DNA of 64,000 nt from Haliotis cracherodii (GCF_022045235.1 NW_027266330.1:43028001-43092000), one strand, 5' to 3'; shown: positions 19,961 through 33,702, numbered from the stretch's first letter. The notes: generated by a model not told the origin, from the letters alone. Numbers and translations: made by a program.

Positions 19961-21813
19961 TGAAATCTCGAAAGTGCATCAGCTATAACGTTTGCATGCG
20001 TTGGAATATACGATGCTTTGAACAAGATATCATGTTGTAAACAGAGGAGTATCAGGCGCCTAAGCAACGACATAACTCGTGGTGGTTTTGCTGTTTGTTT
20101 ATTGATAATTGCTACCACTGCTTGGTTGTCACAAACAAACAACACTCGCTTATTTCGTAGATGTCTGCCCCACAGTCTTACTGCCAATACAATTGGAAAA
20201 AGCTCTAGCATAGTGATGTCTTTAGTCCATCCATTCTGCACCCACTCGTTAGGCCATCTGCCATTGGCCCATCTGCCCATGAAAAAGGCTCCGAAACCAT
20301 GGTTACCTGACGCGTCGGTAAACAAATGTGTATCCGATGAATTGATCCACTCTGAATCTATAAATTCAGTAGTGCCATTGTGGTTTTGAAGAAATTGCCG
20401 CCATAAATTGAGGTCCTCGCGTATGCCTTGTGTTATCCTTATTCTGTGGTGAGGTTTTGACCCTCCGCGCTGTGCGTCAATGAGGCGTCTTAAAAAGGCG
20501 CGACCAATCGGAATTGCCCTACATACAAAATTAAGTTTCCCAAACAAGGACTGCAAGTAGTGTAATGTTGTTTTCTTCTTAAAAGGTGATAAAAGAGTAT
20601 CTATTTCCTGCGTAAGCGGCACTACCTTATCCCTCGGTATGCTAATTTGCGCTTTGACTGTGTCTATTGTGATACCCAGGAACGTCATGTTTGTTGTAGG
20701 TAGAACCGTTTTGTCCTTTGCGACGGGAACGCCCATGTTTTGTAATAACTCCAGAGAGGACTGGAGAGTTTGTTGACACTTATTAGAGGCTAGTGCTGCC
20801 AATGCAAAATCATCCAAATAATGTTGTATGTTATCATTTTTGGTGTATTTCCTGAGTACCCACTGCAAAAATGTGCTAAACTTTTCAAATGTTGCACATG
20901 ATATGGAACAGCCAAATGGAAGACATTTGTCAAAGTAGAAATTATGTTTGAATTGTATGCCCAGAAATTTAAAGTCATCTGGTCGTATAGGTATGAGGCG
21001 AAATGCAGACTTTATATCAAATTTTGCCATGTATGCACCCTTGCCTAATCCTTGTATCGCGGATAGCACCTGGTCAAAGCTAGTGTACTTGACTGTTGAC
21101 ACCTCGTGTGATATGTAGTCGTTTACAGACTCTCCCTCAGGGTATGACAGATGGTGAATAAGTCTGAACGTTTGCTGAACTTGTTGATTATTGTGATTTG
21201 ACTTCTTCGGAACGAGACCGATTGGAGAAACTATCATATCTTGAAATGGTGGTGCTGTAAATGGACCTGCAATTCTACCTAGATCAACTTCTTTTTGTAG
21301 CATTGTTGCCACCATGTTAGGATGTTGTTGTGCGGATTTTAAATTGTATGCCATTCTAGGACCCGGTGGACCCGGTGGACCCGTGTACTGTAGTGGAAAA
21401 CCTCGAGAAAAACCTTCCGATAAAAACATAGCATCTGATGCGTAAAAGGGGGTGTAAATACTGAGCCAATGTGACAATACACGCATACTAATGGGTGTTG
21501 GCACTAGGCCTTGAGTTGGTATTGTTTGGGTTGGGTTTTGTTTGAGTACGGGGGGTTTTAACGCCCCCTTTTTGACGAAAGCATGTGTGTGCGCCGTGTG
21601 CAGTGCTGTCACATGTGATGCATTTGTGTGCATATCGGCAGAAAGACCTTGTACATCCGAATTTGTTAAAATCCCAGCAAAACTTTGGGGTGCTACCGGT
21701 ATTTGCGCTATCCGCGTTGAGATTGCTGCGGTTGGTGGTAGTGGTGGTGTTTGTGACGCGCGCGTGTGCTGCTTGTTGATTTGGAAGCATATGTTGTAAC
21801 CATAAATGGCCAT
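19882..21813 (-). CDS. RT-RNase H (copy 2; 9-bp in-frame GPP duplication)
   Basis: As copy 1, with GPPGPPGPR. Confidence 0.95.
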   Translation of the reverse strand: MAIYGYNICFQINKQHTRASQTPPLPPTAAISTRIAQIPVAPQSFAGILTNSDVQGLSADMHTNASHVTALHTAHTHAFVKKGALKPPVLKQNPTQTIPTQGLVPTPISMRVLSHWLSIYTPFYASDAMFLSEGFSRGFPLQYTGPPGPPGPRMAYNLKSAQQHPNMVATMLQKEVDLGRIAGPFTAPPFQDMIVSPIGLVPKKSNHNNQQVQQTFRLIHHLSYPEGESVNDYISHEVSTVKYTSFDQVLSAIQGLGKGAYMAKFDIKSAFRLIPIRPDDFKFLGIQFKHNFYFDKCLPFGCSISCATFEKFSTFLQWVLRKYTKNDNIQHYLDDFALAALASNKCQQTLQSSLELLQNMGVPVAKDKTVLPTTNMTFLGITIDTVKAQISIPRDKVVPLTQEIDTLLSPFKKKTTLHYLQSLFGKLNFVCRAIPIGRAFLRRLIDAQRGGSKPHHRIRITQGIREDLNLWRQFLQNHNGTTEFIDSEWINSSDTHLFTDASGNHGFGAFFMGRWANGRWPNEWVQNGWTKDITMLELFPIVLAVRLWGRHLRNKRVLFVCDNQAVVAIINKQTAKPPRVMSLLRRLILLCLQHDILFKASYIPTHANVIADALSRFQWSRFKEAAPQADEIPAHIPQDIWQI

Positions 21814-22689
21814 CTATTGCCCACCAGGATCGAGACGGGTCACGTTGCATCCTTTGTCTGAAACTACGGTCATATTGCAACCATGAATCTCCGCCGAACC
21901 TAATAGCAGCTCCCCTGATTGTTTCGCTGTAGGTAAGCAGATCCTGTATCTTATCCGGGTGTTTTTCTATGTATACGCTCATGTAGACGTTAAACGCCGA
22001 TGTCCATGCGCCAATGCCTAATGGACGCGTTTGTTGTTGTTTGGGTTTAAAAATAATCTGACCTGTGGCGTCGAGCGCCAATGTAAATGCCGACATCTCT
22101 TGGGGTGTCTGATTTTGGGCCGATATTAGTTGTTTTAGCTCAATGAATTCGCCGTTGTGTATTTTTTCCCGTAGTTGTTGGGAAACATGTGATCCGATGT
22201 GTTCCGCTCTGATGTTTAACTGTATAGACAGGGTGTATTTGTCGCGGGTATGCCAAACATGGTTGGATCGTTTATATTCATAGTTGCGAAAGGATTGGGT
22301 GTTTGTGTTTGCTGTTGGGACGGATGCGTGTTATGTGCGTTTTCGCGTGCTAATGTACTAATGTTTATGTGCCCTTCATTGTTTGAAGACCTATCCCCAG
22401 TCGGCATCTGCGTGTCCCCGTTTGTGAGCGTGCTGTTAGCAAGCCTTGCCGTATTTGTAGGAAGCACTGTGTTAGCCGAGTTTGCATTATGCATAATATT
22501 GCTCGAATTGATAAAAACAAAATCACTATCCAACGTACCTGCAGTGTTCTGTGGTACTCCGCTGATCAGTCGTGAGCCAATTGGCGCATCCAAGTCTCTT
22601 CTATCCACATTTCTGCTAACCCCCGTCCTACTGGCTTTCGGACCCTTCACCAGTCGGTGGGTCAGCGCCGCTTTCCTTTTAGGAGGCAT
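21488..22689 (-). pseudogene. gag-like gene, frameshifted (copy 2)
   Basis: Same split as copy 1. Confidence 0.85.
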
Positions 22690-22995
22690 CCCAAACGAAG
22701 TAATGAGGTGAGGTGAAAACGCTATAGAGGTGAAACCGTAAGAGGTGAAATGCTAACCGCCGGACGCGTTGTGTTGTGTTGTTAGAATGACTTGACGGTT
22801 GGGGAGTAAAAGAAGTGACATCACGAGACCACGTGTAGTGACGTCATGGGAGAAATGACGTATGTTGCCATGGGGAGTATATTGGCGTGTCTTGTGAAAG
22901 GAGAATGTTTGTAAACAAATGGTGGAAAATGGTAAATGGGAATAGTTACTAGTATTGTTTATGCGGAGCTGACCATAAACCGATTTAGCTAAATA

Positions 22996-23494
22996 ATGCT
23001 AAATCATAATAAAAAGTATCGCAGAGCCGTGAATGCTCTGGACGGAGTTGACACCGCTCTTGTAGTAGCTGGCATGGGACTCGGTGTAGCCGGTGTCGGT
23101 TTACTATCAACTATAATCGCCGCGCCTATCGTGCTCGGCATGGAAATAACCGCCGGAGTCTCGGGACTGGCAGGAATAGCGATAAAATTCATTTCTCGTA
23201 GGTTACAAAAGAAAGCATTAAAACACGATAGTATTCGGATACTCGCCGAAGCAAAGTTGAACAGCATTGAGGATCATATTTCGACAGCAATGGCCGATTG
23301 TAAGATATCCGAGGAGGAGTTTCGTTTAGTGCTGTCGGAACTCACCAAATACAACGTAATGAAGCAGGAGATTCGATCAAAATCTCGTAAGACCAATGGT
23401 ATTCGGAAGACGAGAAAAAAAAGTTCATAGAACAAGGGAGGCAACAAGCGCGTCAATTATTCCGTGCCAAAACCAAAGAACTGGTTGGAGATTA
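22996..23494 (+). pseudogene. Chimeric truncated Polinton membrane-protein ORF with late frameshift
   Basis: ATTCGGAAGACG here versus ATTAGCGAAGACG in other copies gives an early stop at 23430. Confidence 0.6.
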
Positions 23495-23556
23495 AAAATA
23501 AATTGCTTACTATCGTGTGATTACATTTAGACAAATGCTTACATAAATATATAATA

Positions 23557-23814
23557 ATGGAGAAAACTATTAAATGGAGAGAATTACCACAAGGTTTTTA
23601 TTATATCAGTGATGTCAAACCAACCAAATACGGTAATCAATTGTTTCTTATCAATTAACAAGAAGAGTGTAGTTATATAGTCTGGTCTCCTGGTAAAATG
23701 AACGAAGAACTTAATAAAAATGTTGAATATCGCTTTATCGATAAAAATAATGAAGAATATTTTTATTACCATTTAGGCTCATCTAAAGCAATGATTGGCC
23801 CCAGGTATTGGTGA
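23557..23814 (+). pseudogene. 85-aa Polinton ORF with TTA>TAA nonsense
   Basis: CAATTAACAAG versus CAATTTACAAG. Confidence 0.6.
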
Positions 23815-23823
23815 GCTAGAGCT

Positions 23824-23950
23824 GAATCTCATGACTATCGTTGAATCGCATAATCATTTTGGCATAAAAAATTCCATCTGTCGTAGCAGTATAGGTATAT
23901 GAATCCAGCTCCAGTGGAAGTGGTCCAGAACCCCCATTACCTATACTACT
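23824..23950. repeat. Polinton right TIR (unit 3)
   Basis: Copy of 3251-3377. Confidence 0.85.
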
Positions 23951-24357
23951 CAAGGTCTCAGCCGGTCGCTTTTCGCTTTCGTGCAACTCTTATCAGGCTG
24001 AGCCCCAAACACGCCTTTATTTATGTCTGACAAATTCATTTATACTTCCAACCTCTTTGCAATGCCAAAGTCTATCTGCCTATACATTTTTATTCCGTTC
24101 CGACTATTTTTGGTTTTTGCCGAAAAGACAGCTATCTGTTAAGCCGTTTTGGCTGTATTTTAGCCACCATTGTTGAGTGAATTAAGAAGTTTTTGGATCA
24201 TTCTCGGATCTTTGCCATGGAAGTTTCTTGTCAATTAACGAGGTCTTAGCCGGTCATTTTTCACTTTCGCACAACTCTCATCGGCCATGTTGGGAGCCCC
24301 CAAACACCCCTTTCTTTAACTTCCAACCTCTTTGCTATGCTAAGGTCTACCTATCTA

Positions 24358-24400
24358 GACCCGTGAAGATTCTGGGGTAGAATACCCATGCTTGCCTTAA
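24358..24400 (+). mobile_element. SINE fragment, 5' part (unit 3; interrupted)
   Basis: Continues at 29316. Confidence 0.7.
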
Positions 24401-27400
24401 CCTTTAGCCTGCTGAATTGTTTTCAGACTTCTTGGCCCTGCCTGCTGGATTAATTTTAGCATAAGGCGATGTAAAGAGGGTGGGTGATTTCAAACAGCTG
24501 GTGCTTCATTATACAAGGGCCAATTGAAGAAATATTTTGCACATTTATTCCTGACAGAAAAATACACATTACTATGTAAAAAAATCCTGATGTTTTCAAT
24601 CATACCAAGGTTAAGACCAAAACGAACACAAAATTTGTAAATTTTCGTAATCTTGCCTGAATTACGATATTGAAGGTGGTTTACGTTTCATGTTAGGAAC
24701 CTTTCTAAATCGTTAAATTTGTGCTAATTGATTTCAATAATCAGATCACCGATATCTTAATTTTAACTGAGTATAAATTCGATGTTTTTTATTGGTAAGT
24801 AACAGCGCGGTGGTAAATTATGAACCATTTCTGTAAATTTATTATCAAAACGTTAAACAGAAAAAAAACTAAATTTTCGAGGTCACCATGTCAGTTGCAG
24901 AAATACGAACATTCGAGTTAATCTAACATGTCACGTTATCAAATTTGCAGGAAACAATAAATGACTCATGAATATTCACCAATCCTTATTTCATGTGTTT
25001 TGGTTGAATATTTACGATATACGAAAATACAAATACCGTGTCATGATGCTAGCAGACGTTCGAACATCAAACATGGCGCGCTTCGCCCGACCTCGTCGTA
25101 ACTTATTGCTATTTTAATATCAACAAAGTTTACACTGTCTTCATGTTTATAACTTGGCGAAAGTTGACGATCTTCTCAATCGAAGATTCTTTCATTTGTC
25201 ATTTTCCGTTTAATATGACGAGAGAAAAATGAAAATAAAGATCGTAAATTCTGACAGCAATATTTCAGTTTGCGCAAAGGTCACCGGATGTGATGTCACA
25301 GACAGGGGTAGTCTGCTGATAATCTTTCGAAACAAAACAATTTCAGTCAATTTTGAAATATTTCGCCTGTATTATAAAGAATAAACACAAATCACTACAT
25401 ACTATCAGTAATCGCTACTAACATGAAATTACAAAGTGATTTTCACGATATAATTGACGTATTTTTTAATCCGTTGGACCTTGCATGCTCCCGTGACCCG
25501 GAAACACGCCACATGCAAGTTTCTCGGTATCTTTTATTTGAACTTTTGTTGATACATAAGGATCACCATTCCATGTTACGTTGAATATAAAGTGATATGA
25601 TTCATGTATCTGCGATGTATATGTTGATTACTTTGTTTTCACTATAATAATTATGTGTTTGAAGCAATAAGTCCATAGAAATCGTCGATCGACAACGATC
25701 ACACCCCACAACAGGTGCGCGATAATAGGCGTCACAAAACGTGTTTCAAAATAGCATTCATGCGATGCCGAATATGGTAGGATATACGCAGGTGGGTGAT
25801 GTAAATATATATATTAAAAAATACGATATACATATTTTCAGTGTTAGTTTCTAATTAAATGTGGGATATTTAAATATTTTTTCCTTTTATAATTTAATAC
25901 ATTTATCGATTCTAGATCTAGCATGATTTTACAACAATTCATGGATCATCTTAAAATTTATTCCATCAATATAGAGACCGCCATGATTGCGTATTGATGA
26001 TAGATTTGTTAATGTTTAATTATATACATCTGTTCACAGCTTCTAAAATATTAAGTTATATTTAGTATCTATTTTTTCCACAATGATTATGTGTATGGAT
26101 ACTAAATATTGGTCAACAGGTCAATGCATCAGCACAGTGTAACTGATCAGACTTTAATTACATATTTTATTCAACAATTGTCTTCTTTCACCTGAACATA
26201 AATTATGTGAATAAGTAACTATTTGATGTCATTATTTAAGTTTAGTATTTCATAAAATAATATAGAAATAGATAAGATCCTTATATGAACCTATACATAC
26301 ACAACTCATATGGACATTAATCTTGTGTATGAAGTTGTTTGTTTCCAAAAAACTAATTCTTAAATATAATTGTAATATGAATACGATACATTAATTTCTT
26401 GTAACAGAACATGATATTTTTGTTTGTTTAATCACAAGAACCAGGGTGGCACTTAGCTGGTGAGTTAGCCATATCGTATATTTATAAGAGAATGTTATCT
26501 TTTGAAAAAGGAATAGGGCACATATACATACATTGACAATTCTTGCAGTTCTGTTCGGTTGGAGAAATGTACATGGAAATATCCTACCTTATGTATTTTT
26601 TCAGGGTTCTCACCAATGAAACAATGTGTAATTAGTGTGGCAGGACTTTCCAGGTTTGTTGCAGTATGCTCTAGTGTGCTTGACAGTGACACTCATGCAT
26701 GTCCCCTGAAGGAACATGAACCATTGTGAAATGTGATCAACAGGTTTTCGTCTTCAGTCAATATAATGTACAAAAATTCTAAATAAATGCAGATCATCAC
26801 CAGCTTTGGATCTGACATCCTTAATCATTTTGATGGGTTTCTGAATATACAGTCAGTATAGGTCCTTATGTTCTTTGTGTCTCAGCCTTCTGGATGGAAT
26901 GAAAAGAAATGTCCCTGTATACATGATTACCTTTGTCAGATGTATTTTGTCCTGTCAGCCACACCCCCTGACTTTATTTCACCTTATGTGGTTAATTTTC
27001 GCATACATGTACTGCTGCAAACCTGTTTTTCCCTTGTATATGCAATCACAGTATCAAACTTAATCAGCTGGTGTGTCACTAGTTCCTCAGTTGGTGTGTA
27101 TAAAAGTGCCCTTGCCATCATGAAACAAGAAATGCCAAAAACCAAAGCATTTGCAATAACAAAAAACCCACATTTGTCCTTTCTTGAATAATCTTAGGAT
27201 TAGTGCTTCAAATTTTTTGTGTCATAAATTAATTATTAAATTTCCTAAGGATTTTTCTTTGATGGACCAATATCAAACCATCTGACAAGTTAGACTGAAT
27301 TATTACTTTAAAAGCCCTCATTTCTGAGGTGTCCATATTTTTTTTCTACTTTTAGGACAACATGAGCCGTCTACCTGAGCTTGGTTACGTAAACAAATAC

Positions 27401-29315
27401 TTGTTTAAAATGTGAAATGGAATTCCACTGATTAGATATCTTTTTTTTTATCTCATTGTTCTATGAAATCCATTTGAAATGTGCTTTTTTGTACGTAAAA
27501 TGTCTTGAGAGCTTGTACCCAAACAGGTATGTGCTTTTGTGCCCAGAATATTTTTGTATTACAGTTTTGTAGTTTCAAACTTACACATTGCTTTTTATAT
27601 GAAAAAAGTTAATTTATTATCACTTTTCTGTCAATTCGCTAGATCTACAATTACCTTACGGTTTACCAATTTACTGGCCTCTTCTCTTCACAAGAATTTA
27701 TTACTTTCCTATCACAATCAGTCAATTTGAGTTGTGCCAATGTGGACTGACTACACTCAAGGACCACGTACATTTAGGTTAGTCATATTATTGATGAAAT
27801 GTTTTACCATAATGTTCAGCTCATTGTTTGCAATAAACATGAAAAAATAAATATGATCAACAAGATTTAGTTTAGTTTTTTGGGTACAAAATCATCAAGT
27901 GCTTTGGGTACAATTTTGTTTTGGGTACAAAATCACATAGGCCCTACATTTATCCAGTCGACGTGAGTACCTACTTCCATCCGTTCTGAAGATTGGGGAG
28001 GGGGAGTAAACGTTCTAAAAACAATCCTTAATATTCTAAATTGTCCTTCTTGCAATGACAGACCAATAACAATCTTCTGTTGTTATTATTATGGCATATT
28101 AATATGTTAAATCGCTCTCCGCTGTCGTCGTTTTCAGAAAATAATTTTAAAATCATCGAACGCGGAATCCTTTACGGTTTCGGATTTAGACTTACAAATT
28201 TGGTGTTACGCATCGGCGGCAATCACGTATAAATATGAAACAAATAGGAGTGAAGACTGCTATCCAGATCAATAAATAGTAAACAAATGTCGAAAAAAAG
28301 TAAACTATGTATTTTCTTTTGAATTTGAATCTATTTCGGAATTTGTTTTATGATCGCTTACCAACTTTTGCATATTTTGCTTCGATGTGTCATGCGGTAC
28401 GTGCTTCCGGTTTCAGAAATGATAGGTTAAATTGCAAGTATTTCGATTATTTTCCGTAAACTGCATTATATTGCTATTGCATGATTTACCTAGAATGTAT
28501 AACAGTTCAGATTTTGCGTATCATCCAATATTTGTCATTATTTGCAGTGTTTGTTGACTTTATTCAACTACACAAATCGCGAGTTAGGCCACGCCCAAAC
28601 GTATCACCGACGTTTGTCGGCTTGTTGATGTGTCCGAAAGTTTATCAAACGAAATCATTTGAAAACTCTATAAAAATGATATGTTTTTACACAGATTTAT
28701 ACATTCGTGTCAATAATTCTAGAAAATGAAGTTAGATGTAACAAAATTATTATAATAGTCTTACGGGATCATTATGCATGTGGAGTTGTTTGTTTACCGC
28801 CGTTGCCATGATCGCACAAGTTTCATCCAATCGATGATGTTACGATTCAGATTGTTTTTGTTTATAATTAATTACTTCGAAAATTGCTAATTTTTAGAAA
28901 TTAAGGAACTTGAGTGTGTTCCTTTCGTCGGCAAACAATAAATTATGATCGATTGTGAAAAGTCATAACATTATAAAGAAAATATCGGACTGCATGCCGA
29001 TCAGCGTGAAGTGCCAAAAGTCAACAATGCCGTTTGTGGTAGTTGTGTGCCGCGAAGTTTGGCTGAAACTTTTTAAACTCGCGATATTTTCTTTTTGAGG
29101 TAAATACACTACTGAAAGTTTTGATATTGAGCAAGCTGAGCATTTATGCATGCCATACGTAATTTAAATGTAACGCAAAGCCTTCTTGGTAAATAGATAT
29201 GGCGAGTTTTGTTTGTGGGTGTCCTAATGCTATTCGCCTGTCGAACTGGTTCGACAGTAGCAACACTGGTAGTGACAAACTCTGTCGAACTGGTTCGACA
29301 GTAGCATTGAGAGCT
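24401..29315. mobile_element. 4.9-kb TTAA-site DNA transposon insertion, non-autonomous or decayed (possibly Crypton-like)
   Basis: Absent from the other five units; TTAA at 24397-24400 and 29316-29319 where the empty site has a single TTAA; no long ORF. Confidence 0.85.
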
Positions 29316-29535
29316 TTAAAAGGCGACTATGCTTGTCGTAAAAGGCGACTAACGGGATCGGCTGGTCAGACTCGCTGACTTAGTTGATGCATGTCATCGA
29401 TCCCAATTGCGCTGATCGATGCTCATGATATAAATCACTTGATTGTCTGGTCAAGAATTGATTATTTTACAGACCGCCATCATATAGATGGAGTATTGCT
29501 GAGTGTGGCGTTAAACAACAAACCAATCCAAACCA
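29316..29535 (+). mobile_element. SINE fragment, 3' part (unit 3)
   Basis: Resumes at TTAAAAGGCGACT. Confidence 0.7.
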
Positions 29536-29537
29536 CA

Positions 29538-32164
29538 GACAAAAAGTTCAAGTCGCTTTATGTATTTTCAGTGCCTTGTGATTTTTAATGGAATTCATTG
29601 TGTATCGGACATCTAAGACTGCATCCATGCACCAAATTTGTTTTGTATACTGAGACTGATACTTTCTGGTTAGCTTGTGTAAAAGTCAAGTTGCTGAAGT
29701 ATTTTCAGTGATGAGTGTCAGACATCTAATTCATCCACATACACAATATGATATTCTTCCCGAGGACGTATCCTTTCGAAGATGTAAAAGTCATGCACAT
29801 GACAAAAAGTTCATGTCGGTGTATGTATTTTCAGTGCCTTGTGATTTTTAATGGAATTCATCTGTGTCGGACATCTAAGACTGCATCCATGCACCAAATT
29901 TGTTTTGTATACTGAGACTGATACTTTCTGGTTAGCTTGTAGAAAAAACAAGTCGCTTTATGTATTTCCAGTGACTTTTGATTTTTAATGGAATTCATTG
30001 TGTGTCTGACATCTAAGACTGCATCCATGCACCAAATTTGTTTTGTATACTGAGACTGATACTTTCTGGTTAGCTTGTGGAAAGGTCAAGTCGCTTTATG
30101 TATTTTCAGTGCCTTTTGATTTTTAATGGAATTCATTATGTGGCGGACATCTAAGACTGCATCCATGCACCAAATTTGTTTTGTATACTGAGACTGATAC
30201 TTTGTGGTTAGCTTGTGGAAAAGTCAGGTTGCTGAGACATCTAAGAAATCTTCCACATACACAATATGATATTCTTCCCGAGGATGTAAAAGTCATGCAC
30301 ATGACAAAAAGTTCAAGTCGCTTTATGTATTTTCAGTGCCTTTTGAATTTTTAATGGAATTCATTATGTGTCGGACATCTAAGACTGCATCCATGCACCA
30401 AATTTGTTTTGTATACTGAGACTGATAATTTAAGGTTAGTTTGTGGAAAAGTCAAGTTGCTGATGTATTTTCAGTGATGAGTGTCAGACATAAATATGAT
30501 ATTCCTGAGGATGGATTCTTTCCAAAGATGTTAAAGTCATGCACATGACAAAAAATTCAAGTCGCTTTATGTATTTTCAGTGCCTTGTGATTTTTAATGG
30601 AATTCATTGTGTGTCGGACATCTAAGACTGCATCCATGCACCAAATTTGTTTTGTATACTGAGACTGATACTTTGTGGTTAGCTTGTAGAAAAGTCAGGT
30701 TGCTGAGACATCTAAGAATTCTTCCAAATATACAATATGATATTCTTCCCGAGGATGTAAAAGTCATGCACCTGTCAAAAAGTTCAAGTCGCTTTATGTA
30801 TTTTCAGTGCCTTGTGATTTTTAATGGAATTCATTATGTGTCGGACATCTAAGACTGCATCCATGCACCAAATTTGTTTTGTATACTGAAACTGATACTT
30901 TCTGGTTAGCTTGTGTAAAAGTCAAGTTGCTAAAGTATTTTCAGTGATGAGTATCAGACATCTAATTCATCCACATACACAATATGATATTCTTCCCGAG
31001 GACGTATCCTTTCGAAGATGTAAAAGTCATGCACATGACAAAAAGTTCATGTCGGTGTATGTATTTTCAGTGCCTTGTGATTTTTAATGGAATTCATCTG
31101 TGTCGGACATCTAAGACTGCATCCATGCACCAAATTTGTTTTGTATACTGAGACTGATACTTTCTGGTTAGCTTGTAGAACAAACAAGTCGCTTTATGTA
31201 TTTCCAGTGACTTTTGATTTTTAATGGAATTCATTGTGTCTTGGACATCTAAGACTGCATCCATGCACAAAATTTGATTGTATACTAAGACTGATACTTT
31301 GAGGTTAGCTTGTGGAAAAGTCAAGTTGTTGATGTATTTTCAGTGCCTTGTGATTTTTAATGGAATTCATTGTGTGTCGGACATCTAAGACTGCATCCAT
31401 GCACCAAATTTGTTTTGTATACTGAGACTGATACTTTCAGGTTAGCTTGTGGAAAAGTCAGGTTGCTGAGACATCTAAGAATTCTTCCACATACACAATA
31501 TGATATTCTTCCTGAGGATGTAAAAGTCATGCACCTGACAAAAAGTTCAAGTCGCTTTATGTATTTTCAGTGCCTTGTGATTTTTAATGGAATTCATCTG
31601 TGTCGGACATCTAAGACTGCATCCATGCACAAAATTTGATTGTATACTAAGACTGATACTTTGAGGTTAGCTTGTGGAAAAGTCAAGTTGCTGATGTATT
31701 TTCAGTGATGAGTGTCAGACATCTAATTCATCCACATACACAATATGATATTCTTCCTGAGGACGTATCCTTTCGAAGATGTAAAAGTCATGCACATGAC
31801 AAAAAGTTCATGTCGGTGTATGTATTTTCAGTGCCTTGTGATTTTTAATGGAATTCATTATGTGGCGGACATCTAAGACTGCATCCATGCACCAAATTTG
31901 TTTTGTATACTGAGACTGATACTTTGTGGTTAGCTTGTGGAAAGGTCAGGTTGCTGAGACATCTAAGAAATCTTCCACATACACAATATGATATTCTTCC
32001 CGAGGATGTAAAAGTCATGCACATGACAAAAAGTTCAAGTCGCTTTATGTATTTTCAGTGCCTTTTGAATTTTTAATGGAATTCATTGTGTGTCGGACAT
32101 CTAAGACTGCATCCATGCACCAAATTTGTTTTGTATACTGAGACTGATAATTTAAGGTTAGTTT
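29538..32164. repeat. Modular EcoRI satellite array (unit 3)
   Basis: Same monomer order as unit 2. Confidence 0.95.
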
Positions 32165-32842
32165 GTGTAGTGACGTCATGGGAGAAATGACGTATGTTGC
32201 CATGGGGAGTATATTGGCGTGTCTTGTGAAAGGAGAATGTTTGTAAACAAATGGTGGAAAATGGTAAATGGGAATAGTTACTAGTATTGTTTATGCGGAG
32301 CTGACCATAAACCGATTTAGCTAAATAATGCTAAATCATATTATGTTCAGACTACCTCCGATGAAAAGATTAACAAACAATGACGTTTTGTGGGATATAA
32401 TGGGCAGAGTGTGGATGAGGCAGTCGGGGGGATAAGCAAGGTCCTACCGCGGACTAGAAATCGCATACAGCCCCTATCGCGGGTCAAGTTGTCCCTCCAC
32501 CGTGCTTGGCAGACAGGACCCACAGCAAAGATACTATCACTCCCCCCGCGGAAACAGCGGGCAGAAGAATTTGGGCTCCCGCTGTAATTAGCAGGCAGCC
32601 AGAGTATCATACACACACCAGCATGGTGTTAAACCAAATCCCCCGACTGCACCATGCCAAACAGCGGGGTGCAAAATGTATAAATACACTATGCACACCG
32701 CTGACATCCACACATTATATTATATTTGCATTAAATTATGATGTGGAAGGGAGATGGGGAGTGGATAAGAGACTGGGAAGGAAAAGAAAATTATGCGCCT
32801 CCCCCCAAAGTGAAGTTATACATACTTACCCGAACAGTACCT

Positions 32843-33375
32843 TTACTCATCACTAAACAATGTCCTGCGTACATTTGATTTAAAATGGGCCATGCCCGAC
32901 CGGTTTAAATGAACTCCCCGAGGAGTATAAAACGGAGCATCATGTTTGATCTGAGGGTGGGTACACCTTAGACCCCCCTCTTCCCTGATCACTCCCGCAA
33001 TCCGCCTATTAATCAATTTTCTTTTCAGTTCAATCCTTTTAACATTGCTGGCTCCTCGCCAGGTTTGTCGAGGCAACATGTCAGACCATACCAATTTGGT
33101 ATTCGGGAGTTTAAGTTGAGCGTATGTTATGTCCAGATACATGTTTTCATAAAGTTCCTTTGTCCCCTTTGTACACAGATCATTTGATCCAAGGTGGATA
33201 AACAGAAGCTTCGGCTGGGGATGGCGGGCAACAAGTGTATCCACTGCCTTGCAGAATTCCCCCCACTTCATTCCGCCCTTTGCATGCCAGCGGGTACCCG
33301 TCAGTAGGGAGTCCGATGTAGTGGCCAGATGGTCGTGGAATCGGACCATATAACTGGACCCGATACACCATACAT
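32843..33375 (-). CDS. SGNH hydrolase-like exon (copy 3)
   Basis: As copy 1. Confidence 0.85.
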
Positions 33376-33702
33376 CTGAAACTTAAAACACACTAGCAGC
33401 ATCTTTGTTATAATAACATCTGCTTTATCTTTACCTANNNNNNNNNNNNNNNNNNNNNNNNNNNNNNNNNNNNNNNNNNNNNNNNNNNNNNNNNNNNNNN
33501 NNNNNNNNNNNNNNNNNNNNNNNNNNNNNNNNNNNNNNNNNNNNNNNNNNNNNNNNNNNNNNNNNNNNNNNNNNNNNNNNNNNNNNNNNNNNNNNNNNNN
33601 NNNNNAGTTATTGAAAAAGTATGTATTATCCCGTTACCCCCGTGGAACCGCAACAGGCAGGAACGGCTGGTGAGTCTGTGTTTGTTTCTGCTAGGTATAC
33701 TG

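Larger units (their letters stand above)
17435..23008 (-). mobile_element. Ngaro-type YR retrotransposon, copy 2
   Basis: Near-identical to copy 1, same junctions. Confidence 0.92.

Noticed and set aside
27510-27935. TTTGGGTACAA repeats with one inverted copy (GTACCCAAA) inside the TTAA element
   Set aside because: Too short and degenerate to define a nested MITE; no TSD identified.
24401-29315. Autonomous piggyBac transposon
   Set aside because: TTAA duplication is present, but there are no matching TIRs and no transposase ORF.
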